A DNA stretch of 64,000 bases. It comes from Yuukianura sp. NJ FZ-2021. Its lineage: Eukaryota. The notes under the pieces were generated by a model. That model ran no database searches. It was given only the letters and a program-made list of their open reading frames with translations, and was not told where the DNA came from. How positions within the stretch are numbered: position 1 is the first letter of the stretch; each line of letters starts with the position of its first letter. The stretch covers positions 62,001-126,000 of the forward strand of contig JAJCTO010000014.1 in assembly GCA_046563655.1 (NCBI GenBank), read 5' to 3'. The translations under genes were made by a program, and so were the position numbers. This document shows positions 51,041-63,815 of this stretch, in pieces.

Positions 51041-54000
51041 TCAGATCTTCGTTAGCCTACGAAGGTTTAAAAAAAGCTTACAACTCAAGATTTTAAAAAA
51101 TCTAAAGCAATTTTGTTCAAAATCTTGAAAGTTCTTACTTGTTTGCTTTCTCCAACCGTTCAATGAGTCCCAGCAAGTTTTGCCGGGCCTTCCTATTCGA
51201 ATTCCACGCACAGTGAACTAAGGCCCCTAATTGTCTCGCAGAATACTCCTAATAAAAAGTCAAAATCAGCGTCAGCATCAGCGATTCACTGCAAATACTG
51301 GGCTGGAGTACTTACAAAGTGATTTTGAATCCATTCCTCCATGATGACTTCCGGCATGTAGTAGGCTTTGACGTAGGACTCTACGTACTCCTTGTCCGGG
51401 TGACCTTTGAACGAAATTGGAGCAATTTTCTCCAACTTGGACAGAAACTGAGTAAAATCCAGTTGCATCAGGCCACGCCCACTATTTGAACATTTTTTGG
51501 TACTTGAGCATCTAGGCATCCAAAGAACAAAAGTTAACATTCGCATGGTCATAGAATTTCAAATCGATACGAAAGGCTCACCCGTCAACAAACGCTCGAC
51601 AACAATACTTAAAGATTTGTTCCCACAAAATCGTCACAACTGGCTGAGGAATGCAAACTCTGGCTGAAATGGATTCCACTTTCATCGAAAAAATTTGAAG
51701 TTCGCGCAGAAGCAAGTCAACGTAAGAACTGTGCTGGGACATCAGCTCTTTTACTTCCTAAAAAACGAAAATGACAAATAAAGTTACATTTTCTCTTTTT
51801 CAAGATGCTTCTCTTTCAAAATCTCCCGCCTTACCCAATTGACCGTCTCCATGCGATTGACCGTTGTTTGATAGTTGATTGCACGACAAGACACGCCTGC
51901 AAAAGTAAGTTTTCGGAGTTCTTCGGATAGAATTACAGCTTCATCCACAAGTTGTGCCACTGACTCCCACTGAGATTCAGGCACATGAGACTCTATGAAT
52001 CTACGCAGAGAGTCAAACTGCAGAGCCAAGTAAACTCCCGACTCAGATGCAACCACTCTCTCCGGCAGACCGAACAGATCCTCTTCCCTGCTGAGATTCA
52101 AAATTGGAGACACGTTCGGTTCGGGAATCTGAAAAATTTCAAAATACAAAAAACTTAGTTCAAATTAACTCAAGTTCAAAAACCTGAATGGAAAATCTAC
52201 CTTTGTACTGCATTGATTCACAGCCTCATGGTCACCCTCTTCGTCACCAACTAGAATCAACTGCGTTTGAATCTTCTTGAGACCCTCACGAAGTTGAGTA
52301 TTCGCAATTTTGTCGATGATGATTTCACCCTGATCAAAATCAAACTTTAAAAACATATTTTTCGAAAACGCTGTACTAAAACTCACATTTTCGGAACCAA
52401 AAAACAGGAAGACAGAGTAAATGTAGTACTCAAACAGTTGACTCATTGCAATCGCAACATCATGGGCGATGGGTTTGAGCAAATGCATCAAATTCAGGTA
52501 CCTGTAGAAATAAAATTTTGTCATTTTCAAACGTTTTGAACACGAAATTCAAGATTTAAGTCAGATCTTACCGTCCAAAAAGTCGAAGTATGGTTAGCGA
52601 AGTGTTTGTTATTGGAGGTAATGAGCCACATTCCAGCTCACTTTCTGTCCTTGAATCTGCATCTTCCCCGTCATCTTCTTCGTCCAGGCTGTTTCGATCT
52701 CCGACTGAGCCTGATCTTGACTTTGGACTTTTGCTTTGACTTCTCTTTGGTCTTTCCTGAATGACAAATGAAAGGTCAAAGGTCAACAGAAATGGAAAAT
52801 TTGATTTCGAGTCGTTAGATTACCTTCGCAGCAGCATAAATATCCTCTTCAGATGTGTCTTTTGCTATGTCAAATGGAGATCCAGATTCGTCAAAGTTAA
52901 TGAAATAAGAGGAACTGACTTCCACTGGTGGTCCACCACCGTTAGTCAAATGGAGGGAATCGCTGCAGGTCTTTAGAAATTTAAACTCCTGAAACACACA
53001 AAATCATGACATTATGGAAAATTTATTTGAAAAAATGTCAAAAACATCAACTGTTTTACCTGTAATTTATGAATATCAAAATCAGATCTAACTGGACACA
53101 CTTCCCATCCTTCATTTTCAATAAAAATTCGTAGTTCCTCTAATTTGGAATGATGGTACTTCAGAAAATAGCGAAGACTCGCTTCCCTTATGCAGTCTCG
53201 AAGGCTCTCAGACTCACTGGCACAAAACTCTCGTCCCACAACACGAAGTCTAAAAATCAACAAAAACTCAATTAATCCGAACTTGTTAATTACTTTACCT
53301 TAGAAAATGAATCTTACGTGTGAACAATCGAAAGGATTCTCATAAAGTCGTCAATTTTGAATCCAAAGAAATCACAGGCAAGGAGGAATGTTTTGATTTT
53401 GGTTTGGATGTCTTGCCATATCCGGGACGATCCGTGCTGAAGCTTTTGATCAACATATTCTTCACTTCCGTCCAGCTCTTCAGTGTAACCGAGTGGAGAT
53501 GAGGATTCAGACGGTAGTGTTTGTTTAGTTGACTCTGACGAGTGCCAAGTCAGCAGTCGATGGTAACTGACGAGAATCTTCCACATTGCTTTACACAAGT
53601 CGACCAAACAGGGAATAAAAATGTCTTGGCTCAGACACTACAAAAACAAATGTCACTCAAAACATGAACTTTACCTTTACTACTCAACTAGTCCCAGTAT
53701 TTCAACTTACAGCACACAAATCTGGATATGGCCTTTTCTGTAGATTAGTCAATGGATCATAAGCAGATCGACAGAGTTCAGCAAAACCGTGAACAACACT
53801 AAACGCAGTGTTGTGAATAGCAGAGGCATAATGCATGAGCAGTTGGTCCACGCATGTGTGTGTTTTGCCCAGTAGTTGATAGGCTCGTTGTAACTTTGCG
53901 TAGTGTCGCTCGTCAAAATGTATACACACCTAGAATTGTTAAAATTATTATGAAATTATAACAAATATTTGTAATATTTATTAGTGCAATGTTAGTACCT

Positions 54001-55012
54001 TGGATAAAGCTACGTCCAATTGCTCCTCTGCGGTTTCCATTGTGTCCAGAAGTTTTTTGGACAGTTCAGCGATACATGTGAAATGCTTGTACGTTTCTGC
54101 AGTTTGTTGAAATTCTAGTAGAAGTTGAATAGCACCCAAGTAATTGTCTTCGGCCAAAAGTTCGTGTAGTCTTGTCTCAGTACTTTGAAGCGTATGGATA
54201 GTTTTGAGAGATTGAAGTAACTCTTTGTCGGCTTGCCGTTTATGATGATTTGCTAACAGACCTAGACTTTTAGATGTAAATTCCTTCCGGGTTAGTCCAA
54301 GGTCACGACGAGCTTCTTGGCAAGTGAAAATTGCTGCAACTAACTCATCTTCTATTTCCCGAACTCTGAAAACAGAAAATATCACTGACCATCGAACAAA
54401 ATTAGATTAAGATTAGCCTCACCTTTGTATCTCGGTAGAATAGCCAGATTGCTTTTCCAGAATCAATTGGAACACTCGCTTAGAAACAACAGTTAGTTCC
54501 TTCAAAAGCCGTTGCCGAGATGCCGTCAAATCTTCAATGTCCAGTGGATCCTTCAGCTTCTGCAAATGTTCAGCAGCATCAAATCAAACACTTTCCCAAA
54601 TACTGGATGATGGCAATTTAATATGCTTTCACGTCTCTCTTACCAGCATTTCATATAAGCTTGGGTCGAACGTAGATGTAAAGAATATGGGATTGATGGA
54701 TTCCAAGATGGCCTCGTCAGCAGTAGGATCACTCGGATGACTTCTGATTTCTGTCTCCGCATCACGGGAAAAGTGTTTGATTTGGACCGGAGGAAATAAC
54801 GATTCGGCTGATTTGAGATTCGGTTTTAAAGCATTTTGCACCTTCTTGATTCCCTGGATAAAAAAGGAACGATTAATTTGATTAGACAAACCATCAGGAT
54901 TCAGAAATTAGTAAAGATGACAAACCTCTTTCTGCAATATATTTTTCAGCTTCGATTTGAAATCCATTTGAAAGTTGAATTGAGTGACAGACCCAGAACT
55001 TCCAGACACCAT
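51041..55012 (-). CDS. VPS50: Syndetin / VPS50 (CCDC132), EARP complex subunit, multi-exon; start at 55012 or 54967
   Basis: [117 protein letters not shown]. Confidence 0.92.
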
Positions 55013-55358
55013 AGACTTTGACGATGACGATGGTGATGGTAGTAAACAATTTCGGTTAAATCTCTTGACTCAATTTCTAACATGACTTATTCCGCATCCT
55101 CTAATTCAATTAACATTGCAATGATGATCAAGTTGACCTTTGACCTTCCACAATCGATTAATCAATCGGATCCAAAATGTCAAACGTCAAACCTACCTTT
55201 GACTTTTCTAAAAAAAAATATTGTTTTGTTTTCAACATTTCTTCATTCTTCCAACTTTTCAGCATATTGAAAAGTAAAAGTTCAAAATTCAAATTTCGCG
55301 GGAATAAAAAAGCACATCAGAAGGCGCAATGTGAGACTACATGAATGACAAATATAGC

Positions 55359-55566
55359 GTTTTACACTGGGATTCGTTCTGTTACACGGGGTTTTGTAGG
55401 GTTGCAAAGTTACATCGGAATGTTAGTAGATTCTTAACGTTTTACACTGGGTTTTGAACAACGTTATGAAACCCATTGTAACGTGAACGTTACGCTGATG
55501 TTACAATAATGGGTTGTATTGTTACACTGGATTTCATTACTTTACATTGGATCGTTACACCGGGAT
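55359..55566. repeat. Degenerate GTTACACTGG(G) repeat cluster in the VPS50/SLC38A11 divergent intergenic region
   Basis: About 6 irregularly spaced TTACACTGG/TTACACCGG-like copies plus GTTAC/GTAAC inverted copies. Confidence 0.55.
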
Positions 55567-56597
55567 AACTAAAGAAAATAATTTTTTGAAAATTCAGAAA
55601 CTTCAGTAATTTCTCAGACTTTTGATCAATTATTTCAATAATTGTAATTTTTTCAATTCCAACCTTGTTTCCTAGAAACTTATGATACATCATGTCTATC
55701 ATCGTGTTTATCAGTTGTCGCATTTCAGTGGAAGTCTACAGCTTAAACCACAATGTCCGTACTATACTTGCAAACCGCAACTTTGTGACTCTGTTGTTAT
55801 CAAAATCAGTATGCTTAATTATACAACTAATTATTTAGTAATCAATTGCTAGTTAACTCCAAAACTCCCTCTCATTCCTAATGGTTATTAGTTAGTTTTC
55901 TCGCTCCGAGTACTTACTTAAATGCAACATCATGTTTTCAGTCTCAAATCTAGATTTGGGTTAGGATGAAGCCTAATTTTCAGTGACTTTGTGAATTCCA
56001 AGAGTTAGTTTAGGAATAGGACGGGGCGTGCGGGGGTGATTTCAACAATTAGGCCTTAAGAATTGGACCGTGCAAAAACTAGCATGAAACTTTTTCAAGG
56101 GAAGCGAGGTTATTGTTCCATTTCCACCGCCTACCTGAGCTAACTGTTTTTTTGCGAAAACCAAATCCTTCGTTGCAGAAAATTTTGCAAAAATAACACA
56201 GGGAGATGGAAAAGGAGAGAAATTTGGCGATAGGACTCCAACAGGCTGGTGGTTGAATCATGTTTTGTGGCTATTGCCAATACCACTGGTGGCTTCTTCT
56301 GTGCAAGTACAATGGAGATTCTCGAGATACATAAGTGAGAGTCCCGCAGTTGGATTTTAATCAAATTCAAATAGACTTAGATCCAATTCATCTGTACTTT
56401 AGTTCGTGTCAAGGACTGGAGTACTTCACACCTCTGAATTCAGTGTCAAAGTCTCCGAAATTGCACAACTCTCAGTTTGGTTCCAGCGTTTTGGTACCAA
56501 GAGAAACACTTCGGATTCCAAAATCAGCGTGTAGACGAATTTTGAAACAAAGTTTGAAAGGAAAGTGAAGAATTTCTAAATTTCGAGTTTCGAAACA

Positions 56598-59073
56598 ATG
56601 AGTTCCAAAGATCCCGGAAAAAGTGACTCCATTAAGAACAAAAACGAAAAACAAAATTCACGTCCTGGCTTAAAGACAGCTACAAATCAAAATCGACCTA
56701 CAGAAAAAAGTCACATTCTGAAAAACAAGGTAGGTCATTACACATGAACAACAAACGAGACCTGAAGAGGTCAAAGGTCAGAACGAACTAAGCTGTCGGG
56801 TCAGAGGTCAAGTGACTTTCACCACTTTCATTTTTGCTGTAATTTTTGAGAGTCGGTTGATTTTTACTCCTAATTTTGAGTTGCACTGAACCGTGACTTG
56901 CAGATTAACTAAAACTGACAGTAAGTTTTGGTGTGACCTTTGACCTCACTAATTCTCCAAGTTTTAAGCTCTTGATTTGCTGTGATCTAAAGGAAAAGTA
57001 CGGTTTCGGGATGAGAGTCTCCTGGAATTTTTAATTTTCGGGATGACAAAGATCCGGACGAATTCCATGCATTCTTTGACATCTCAATTTCTTTCACTTC
57101 TAGCCGCTAAATGACAAAAGTAGTGGAACTGCTGGACTGGCATCGCTGAACGCTGCTGGAACAGGAACTGGGAAAAAAGCTGGGTCAAAGGTCAAGTCAC
57201 AAGAGAATTCTGGAGCTACTGAAATGGAGTCCCTCCCTCCAACACTTCGACCTCGGCCGGAAACTGACATGAGTCAACTCGTCCAGTCTTCTTCTACAGT
57301 AAGTTTTGTTAAAAAATTTGACATTTGGAACTCTAATCTCAACAGGTCAAAGGTCAACATTCAGTCAAAATTAAAAAATTAGTGTAAAAATATTTCCAGT
57401 GTTCTCGCGTTTCACTATAAAACTAAAAATTATTTCAAAAAGTATCGTCAAAACTTAAACTTTTACAAAAAGTGGCGTCGAACTTGCAAATTTTAATTTT
57501 CAAAAACCTGAGCTAATTTTGTCAAAGTTTTCTAAAAAGTAACTTTTTTTTTTCCAAAAACGAAACAGGACGATCTAGAAGGCAACGGTGGTCCAAGTGC
57601 TCCACCGCAAAGTACAATGGCCCATGCCAGTTTCAACTACATCAACTCAATTCTTGGCAGCGGAGTCATTGGTAAATTTTCAAAAAAAAATCAATTTTTG
57701 TACTTTTTCAAAAAAGTTTTTCAAACTTTACAATTTTGAATCTGTTCAGGTATGCCCTATGCACTTCATCAAGCCGGCGTCGGTCTAGGCCTCATTCTGA
57801 TGTTCTTCGTGGCCTACATCACAGATTATTCTCTTGTTCTGATGGTCAGGTCAGGTCACCTGAGCGGGTCATTGACGTATCAGGGCATGATGGAATCAGC
57901 TTTTGGCAGACCAGGCTTCTACGTTCTCTCAGTTGTCCAGCTAGTGTATCCCCTAATAGCCATGATATCATACAACATCATCGTAGGAGACACTCTGACC
58001 AAAGTCCTGGTCTACATGACCTCTGACCCTGCGCAGGTCACGTATCAAAGAGAAGCCGTTGTTCTCTTCGCCACGATTTTCGTTACTCTGCCTCTGTCAC
58101 TCTACAGAAACGTCGCACGCTTGTCCAAGGTCTCCCTCTTTTCTCTGATCTCCATTGCATTCATCATGGTTTCAATTCTGATTCGCCTGGACACCAATCC
58201 TCAGTAAGTTTTAAAAAAAATTCAAAATTTCAATTTTTTCAACTTTCTTCAACAAATTTCAATATTTCTAGGCCCTGGACCGAAAATGCTTGGAAATTTG
58301 CAAATACTGGAGTGATTCAAGCCTGCGGCGTTTTTGCCTTTGCGTTTATGTGTCACCACAATACTTTTATGATCTACGGATCCATGGAGGAGACATCAGA
58401 GTCAAAATGGAAGAAAGTGACGCATGTCTCCATAGGAATGTCACTTTTGGTCAGTTTGGTGTTTTCGCTTGGGGGATATGCAACATTCACGGGTTTGGTT
58501 CAAGGTGACCTGCTAGAAAACTACTGCTGGGACGATGACCTCATCAACGTATCCCGCTTTTTATTTTGTATAACAATTCTACTGACATTCCCTCTGGAGT
58601 GTTTCGTTGTCCGGGATGTTATTGAAAACTTTTGGTTCAAAGAGAAACAACCGTCGACAACCTCCAGACACTTCAGCATTACTCTGTCCATTGTCCTCCT
58701 GGCCTATGTCATATCGATGTCCACTGACTGTTTGGGAATTGTACTGGAACTGAACGGAGTACTGGCAGCCGTTCCACTGGCATTTATACTGCCAGCACTT
58801 TGTTTCATTCGATTAGACCCGTCGAGGTTCTGGAGCAAACAAAAGTTTCCGGCAATTGGAATTGCGACGTTTGGAATACTAGTGTCCACAGTGGGGCTGA
58901 TCATGCTGATTGTGAATGGTCAAAGTTCAAACTGTTCCCACGGTCACCCTATGCCGTACTGCACTGCACCGCCGCGGTCTGTACTGCTTAACGCTACCTT
59001 GACCGACACCGTGACTGAAGCTGGAAGTGGGCTACTCAATGGCACGATTGTCAGAGCTACACCGAAACTGTGA
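56598..59073 (+). CDS. SLC38A11: Sodium-coupled neutral amino acid transporter, SLC38A11-like, 5 coding exons
   Basis: Exons ~56598-56729, 57103-57298, 57569-57671, 57750-58203, 58272-59073; FNYINSILGSGVIGMPYA, FAFMCHHN, GDLLENYC, TFPLECFV, CSHGHPMPYC. Confidence 0.93.
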
Positions 59074-59788
59074 AGAATCAAAAGTGAAATTTCACTGATC
59101 TCACAAATGGTTTAGTAATTAAAAATTGTTAATTAACTAATTACTTTGTTAATTAGTTGAGCATTTAAGTATTTGAAAGTTACCTCAGCAGTTTACCTTA
59201 GTAAAGATGTGTGGAATGTTGACGTCTTGATTTTGTGGGTGGATTTTTACCCCGGGTGGGGTAAGTTCCCCAGACGGAGTTCCCCCCGTCAAATCCCAGT
59301 TTTATTATCAGCCCAGAAAATCTTGAAGACGGGATTCCGTTTTAGCTAGTGGTGCGCCTAGGGTATGGTTTCCAGTGGAACGGGGAAAGCAAACGGATCT
59401 TTGCCATGCAATTCCAACACAGCTTTTACCTGTTTCACTTTCTTACAAAAACACAACTTTCAGTCTCCTTCCAGCCCTCAAACCCAACGCTCAACTCAAT
59501 TATTCAACTCATGTGAGCAAAATCTTACAAAGAAAACGGAAATTTTCTTTTGCAGAGTTTTCTTTTTGTTTGGAAACAATTTTGAAACTTTCTCCTTCAG
59601 AGAATTCAAAAGCCCTTGAATCTCACAACGTTTTCTAAAACAAACTTTGTAGTGCAAAAACGTTCTAAAAATGTGTAAACTGTGAAAAATCAGAAAAGTG
59701 GGGGCGGTGGGTGGCCTTGTTTTCAAGGCGTTGTGGGTGGGGAGTGATTTTGAAAAAAAGTGAAAGTTTAGTTTTTTAGATTTTGAAA

Positions 59789-61127
59789 ATGATGAGCGCC
59801 ACGTCTTGTACGACTCTCAATCCAGTTCAAGGGCCACTCAAGGTGCTCAAAACAAAACTTTTATCAAAAATGTTGAAAAAAAAAATGAAATTTCGAAACT
59901 TTTTTTTTCTGTATTAGCTCATTGGCGGAAACAAAGCTCTTCAATGGAAGGTAAATGCTTAGCATGATTTAAAAAAGTTTAGAAAAGGCAGAAAATTCTT
60001 TAAACTTTACTTGAAAAAGCAAAATTTAAAATTAGTTTAAAACTTATGGAACTTTTTTTTTGCCAGAGTTATGTTAGGCGTTTTTGACGTTTTTTGAATA
60101 ACAGGAGGTGAAAGTTATTTTGATGCCGAAGTTGGGGATTTGGTTAACCCAGGAATTTCCAGAAATGAATTAGTAATGTGAAGAGACATCAGAGAAAGCA
60201 GAGGAGATTGGTTGAACCAATTTTGTGCAAAAATGGAACAAAGTTCTCTTTTTATACCTTAGAATTCTCACGGGAATCATTTCTTGTTACGTTAGACAAG
60301 ATCATCTTTCCAAAACAGAAAGTGAAAGCGCGGGAGAAAGTTTACCTGTTCCCGACACATCATCATAAATCACTCTTCGGCACTCAACTGGAAATGGGAA
60401 TCGGAAGGAGCAGTCAAACATTTTGCCAAAACTTGGTGAATTTGCATTTTTGCGAAAGATTCGCACCAGATTTTTGCACTCGCGAATTGTGCTACCCTAT
60501 TAGTCAGGATTGAGCGTAGGTTTTTAGTTTTCTTTGTTCTAAATGAAGTGATTTACGACCTCTAATTTGTACTTGGCAAAAGGATATCATTAGGGAAAAG
60601 AAAATGCAGTGAAGCAAGAAGTGCCAAGTTTTGAAAAATGGAAAAATCAATTTCGAATTCTAAAATTTTGAATTTTGACGTTCAGGTGACCTTGTCTATA
60701 AGGAAGGAAGGGGTGGACCCTTCAGTGGTGTACATGAAACAAGATGGAAGACGTTTCAAGCTCCCTAGGACCCTTAAGGGAATCAATGAGCGATGATGAG
60801 TCGCTGTTTTCAAAATTTCAACTTTGCAAAAAATTGGAGATGCGAGAGACTGACTGAGCTTTCTCCAAAATAAAAAGTCAAAAAAAAGCCATGTTATTTA
60901 CTTAACCGGATGCAAAACAAAAACAAGTTGACGTATTGCATCCTGTATGTGAAAACTTTTTCAAACTTTTTTTAATTGAAAAAGTTTTCAAAATTTTTCC
61001 AAAATTGTCTCTCCCATGTCCGCTTTCTCTCCTCCTTCGGTGACCTACTACTTCTTTTACTTTTGAAGCTCTCAGTGGATACGTCATACCGAATTGACAT
61101 TTCGTTCAAGCCACCACAAACTATGGT
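59789..61127 (+). CDS. CNRIP1: CB1 cannabinoid receptor-interacting protein 1 homolog, 5' exons only; the rest was not found in the window
   Basis: Exons 59789-59842 (MMSATSCTTLNPVQGPLK), possible cassette 59918-59950, 60686-60778 (VTLSIRKEGVDPSVVYMKQDGRRFKLPRTLK), 61069-61127 (LSVDTSYRIDISFKPPQTM). Resembles the CNRIP1 N-terminus as recalled ([32 protein letters not shown]). Not in the ORF track. Confidence 0.8.
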
Positions 61128-63439
61128 GTAAGTAACAACCAAAAATTGACATTTGACCTTGACCTTGACACCGCCTTAGCCTCAATTGTCACCCATTCTC
61201 TGCTAGCAAACATACCGCTTAATATTCAAAATTGTCTTTCTCCTTTCAACAAACTGACATTTTCAAAAAAACACGACATTTGTATTTAATTTTGAGCCAC
61301 TCAAAATCTTCTCGTGTTCTCAACTGATTTAAGTTATGACAGTCTACAGTTATATTCAATCTCTCTAGCATTGCCGACTTCGGTCATGCAGAATTTTAAA
61401 GTCAGGTCAAAGGTCACCGTGACCAAAGAGTTTGTGGCGCTGGGTGCAATCTTTTGAAATTATTTGGCTGCAGCATTTCATTTTAGCAAAAAGGAACAAA
61501 GTTTTGGGTTGTTTTTAAGTATGTGGTGGTGAAAGCCAATGAAAAGTTGGCGTAAGGTGAAAGTTTTGGTTTGCTCTTAAATGTCCGTGTCACTCTGAGT
61601 GGAACGAGTTTCTTTCGTTTTAGCACAACCTCTAGTCTTACACAACAACAGGGGAGAAAATTCCATTGTTTTATGTACATAATCACACCAACTTTCCCTT
61701 GCTCAGTTACCCAGACCATCACACTAGTCGATTATTTAGAGTCTGCACAAAGTCAATGAGTCACTTCCTTCCATGGAAAAATGTGACTTACCAAATCAAC
61801 ACAGTCACAAACGTCAACTACTGGATTCGTGTCATGACCTTTCACATTCGCCTGACCCCAATTTAATATTGCCAAAAATGCACCACAATTTAACTTTGCT
61901 CATTCATTTGCACAACTCAATTTTGCAACGTTTTTACTCACGGAAAGTTAGCAGATGCAGAATTACAGTAATTTAGTTTTTGCAATGTTTATACTTGATC
62001 TCACATTTTTCGCCATTTTTCGTAGCCTTCAATTTTTAATAAAAACTAAACCAAGTCAAAGTCAGAAAAGGGCGGAAAAATTTCATTTTGAAGGAAAATA
62101 TTTCAAAATTGTTTTGTGTAGGGAGAAAAGTAAAGGGAAAATGAAAATTTTCCTTTTTTGAAATTTGTATGCAAATTTCACATTTTTGTTTAGAAAAACG
62201 GCTTCTTTGGGTAAGACAAAAGACAAGTGAAAGTCAATTTGGGAAATTAGGTCCTTTATAATTACTTCTAACAAAATTGTTTCTTTTGTACCTCCGTAGG
62301 TAAATTAGTGACAGTTAGGTTAGTTATGTTATGAAACCTTCACTTAAGTTATGAAGCCTAAAAGAAAAGCGGAGAAAGTTGTTCATTGTTCTGCTGTTGT
62401 TAGTTGGTCATAATTTAATTACAGGAGTGGGGAAGCGGCAAAGTGAAAGCAGGGAAAGTCCAGAAATGTTTCTGGACTCTCGCGGACTTTCACCGCTTCT
62501 GTTTTTGGAAACCGTAGGTTCAATCCCTACCAGGCGTCCCTAAAAGAGGCTTACAGCTTTTACGAGCCTTGTGCCCCTGAAAACGTAAAGCTGCTTGAGG
62601 AGGAGAAAGCTGGAGTTGGGGAAAGTGAAATTTTATTTATTCATTGACTTCCTTTGCTTTATTCATCCTGTCCAACTTCCACAAGATCACTTTCCTCCAG
62701 CACAAATTCCTCAAAGCTCCACTGCCACTACGAACCTCTTAATAGCAAAATCAAATCCAGCCAACCACATGGCAGTTCAGCAGTCAGCAGAAAGTCATTC
62801 GGTCAACACACAAACAGTCAAAAGCAATTTAGTCAACAAGGGTTTCTAAACATTTGTGGAAAAATTTTTGACAAAATTAAAGTCAAAAATTTTTGACAAA
62901 CGTTAAATCCTAAGGATAAGGAAGGCTACTGACTAATTTTTTCTTGTTAATTTAATTCGAAAATTGCAAAATCAATCCGTTTTGAAATAAAAATAAGAAC
63001 AAATTTAGAAACAAGAAAAAAAAAACAAAATAACAAAATTTTTACAAAAATTACAAAATAACAAAGGATTTAAGGGACGAAGCGCGAGCTGCAAAAGATT
63101 TAACTTTTTAAACAAAATTTATTAAAAAAGTTTACGTGGAATAAAATTTCGAAATTTGACTTGACTGAAGATTCTTTAAAAGTGAGAGTCTGAAATTCGC
63201 AACCCTAAACGAATTTGAGAATAATCGAATTTACGCTCCAATCATTCCGAAAGTGCCATTTAGCTTTCTAAAACCACAACAGAGAAAAAGAGAAGCACAG
63301 TTTTTCAAACCAACTTTTCGTTTTTTCATGTTCAAAAACATAAAAAGCAGCGAAGAAACCTTCGAGTACACTTATGGGGGGAGATTTGCTGATTAATGTT
63401 AGGAATTTTTCTACATTAGGAATTAATAAAAAAACAGGC

Positions 63440-63815
63440 TATTCCTAATGCAGAAATTCCTGACGTTCAATTCCTAATGCAGAAATTCCTGACGTTCAAT
63501 TTCTAATGCAGAAATTCCTAACGCAGAAAATCCTGATGTCCAATTCCTAACGCAGAAAATCCTGAGGCCGAATTTCTAACGCAGAAAATCGTGACGTTCA
63601 ACTCCTAACGTAAAAAATCCTGAGGTCCAAATCCTAACGTAAAAATTTCTGACAGTGAATTTCTAATGCAAAAATTCCTGGCAGCAAATTTCTAATGCAA
63701 AAAATGCTGAACCCCAATTTCTGACGTAAAAAATCCTGACACTCATTTTCTAACGTAATCAGCTGATTCCTAATGCAAAAATTCGTGGCGTGGAAAGTTC
63801 GTGTTCAATTCCTGG
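63440..63815 (+). repeat. Minisatellite of alternating 14-15-bp subunits (~29-bp period), with an inverted copy just upstream
   Basis: ATTCCTAATGCAGAA/ATTCCTGACGTTCA repeated and decaying rightwards; inverted TTAGGAAT units at ~63399-63423. Confidence 0.85.

Noticed and set aside
62595..62896. Two open plus-strand frames as possible CNRIP1 continuation
   Set aside because: Neither resembles the CNRIP1 C-terminus and no convincing acceptor was found.
63440..63815. CRISPR-like array
   Set aside because: Contiguous tandem units with no unique spacers, no cas genes, eukaryotic context.
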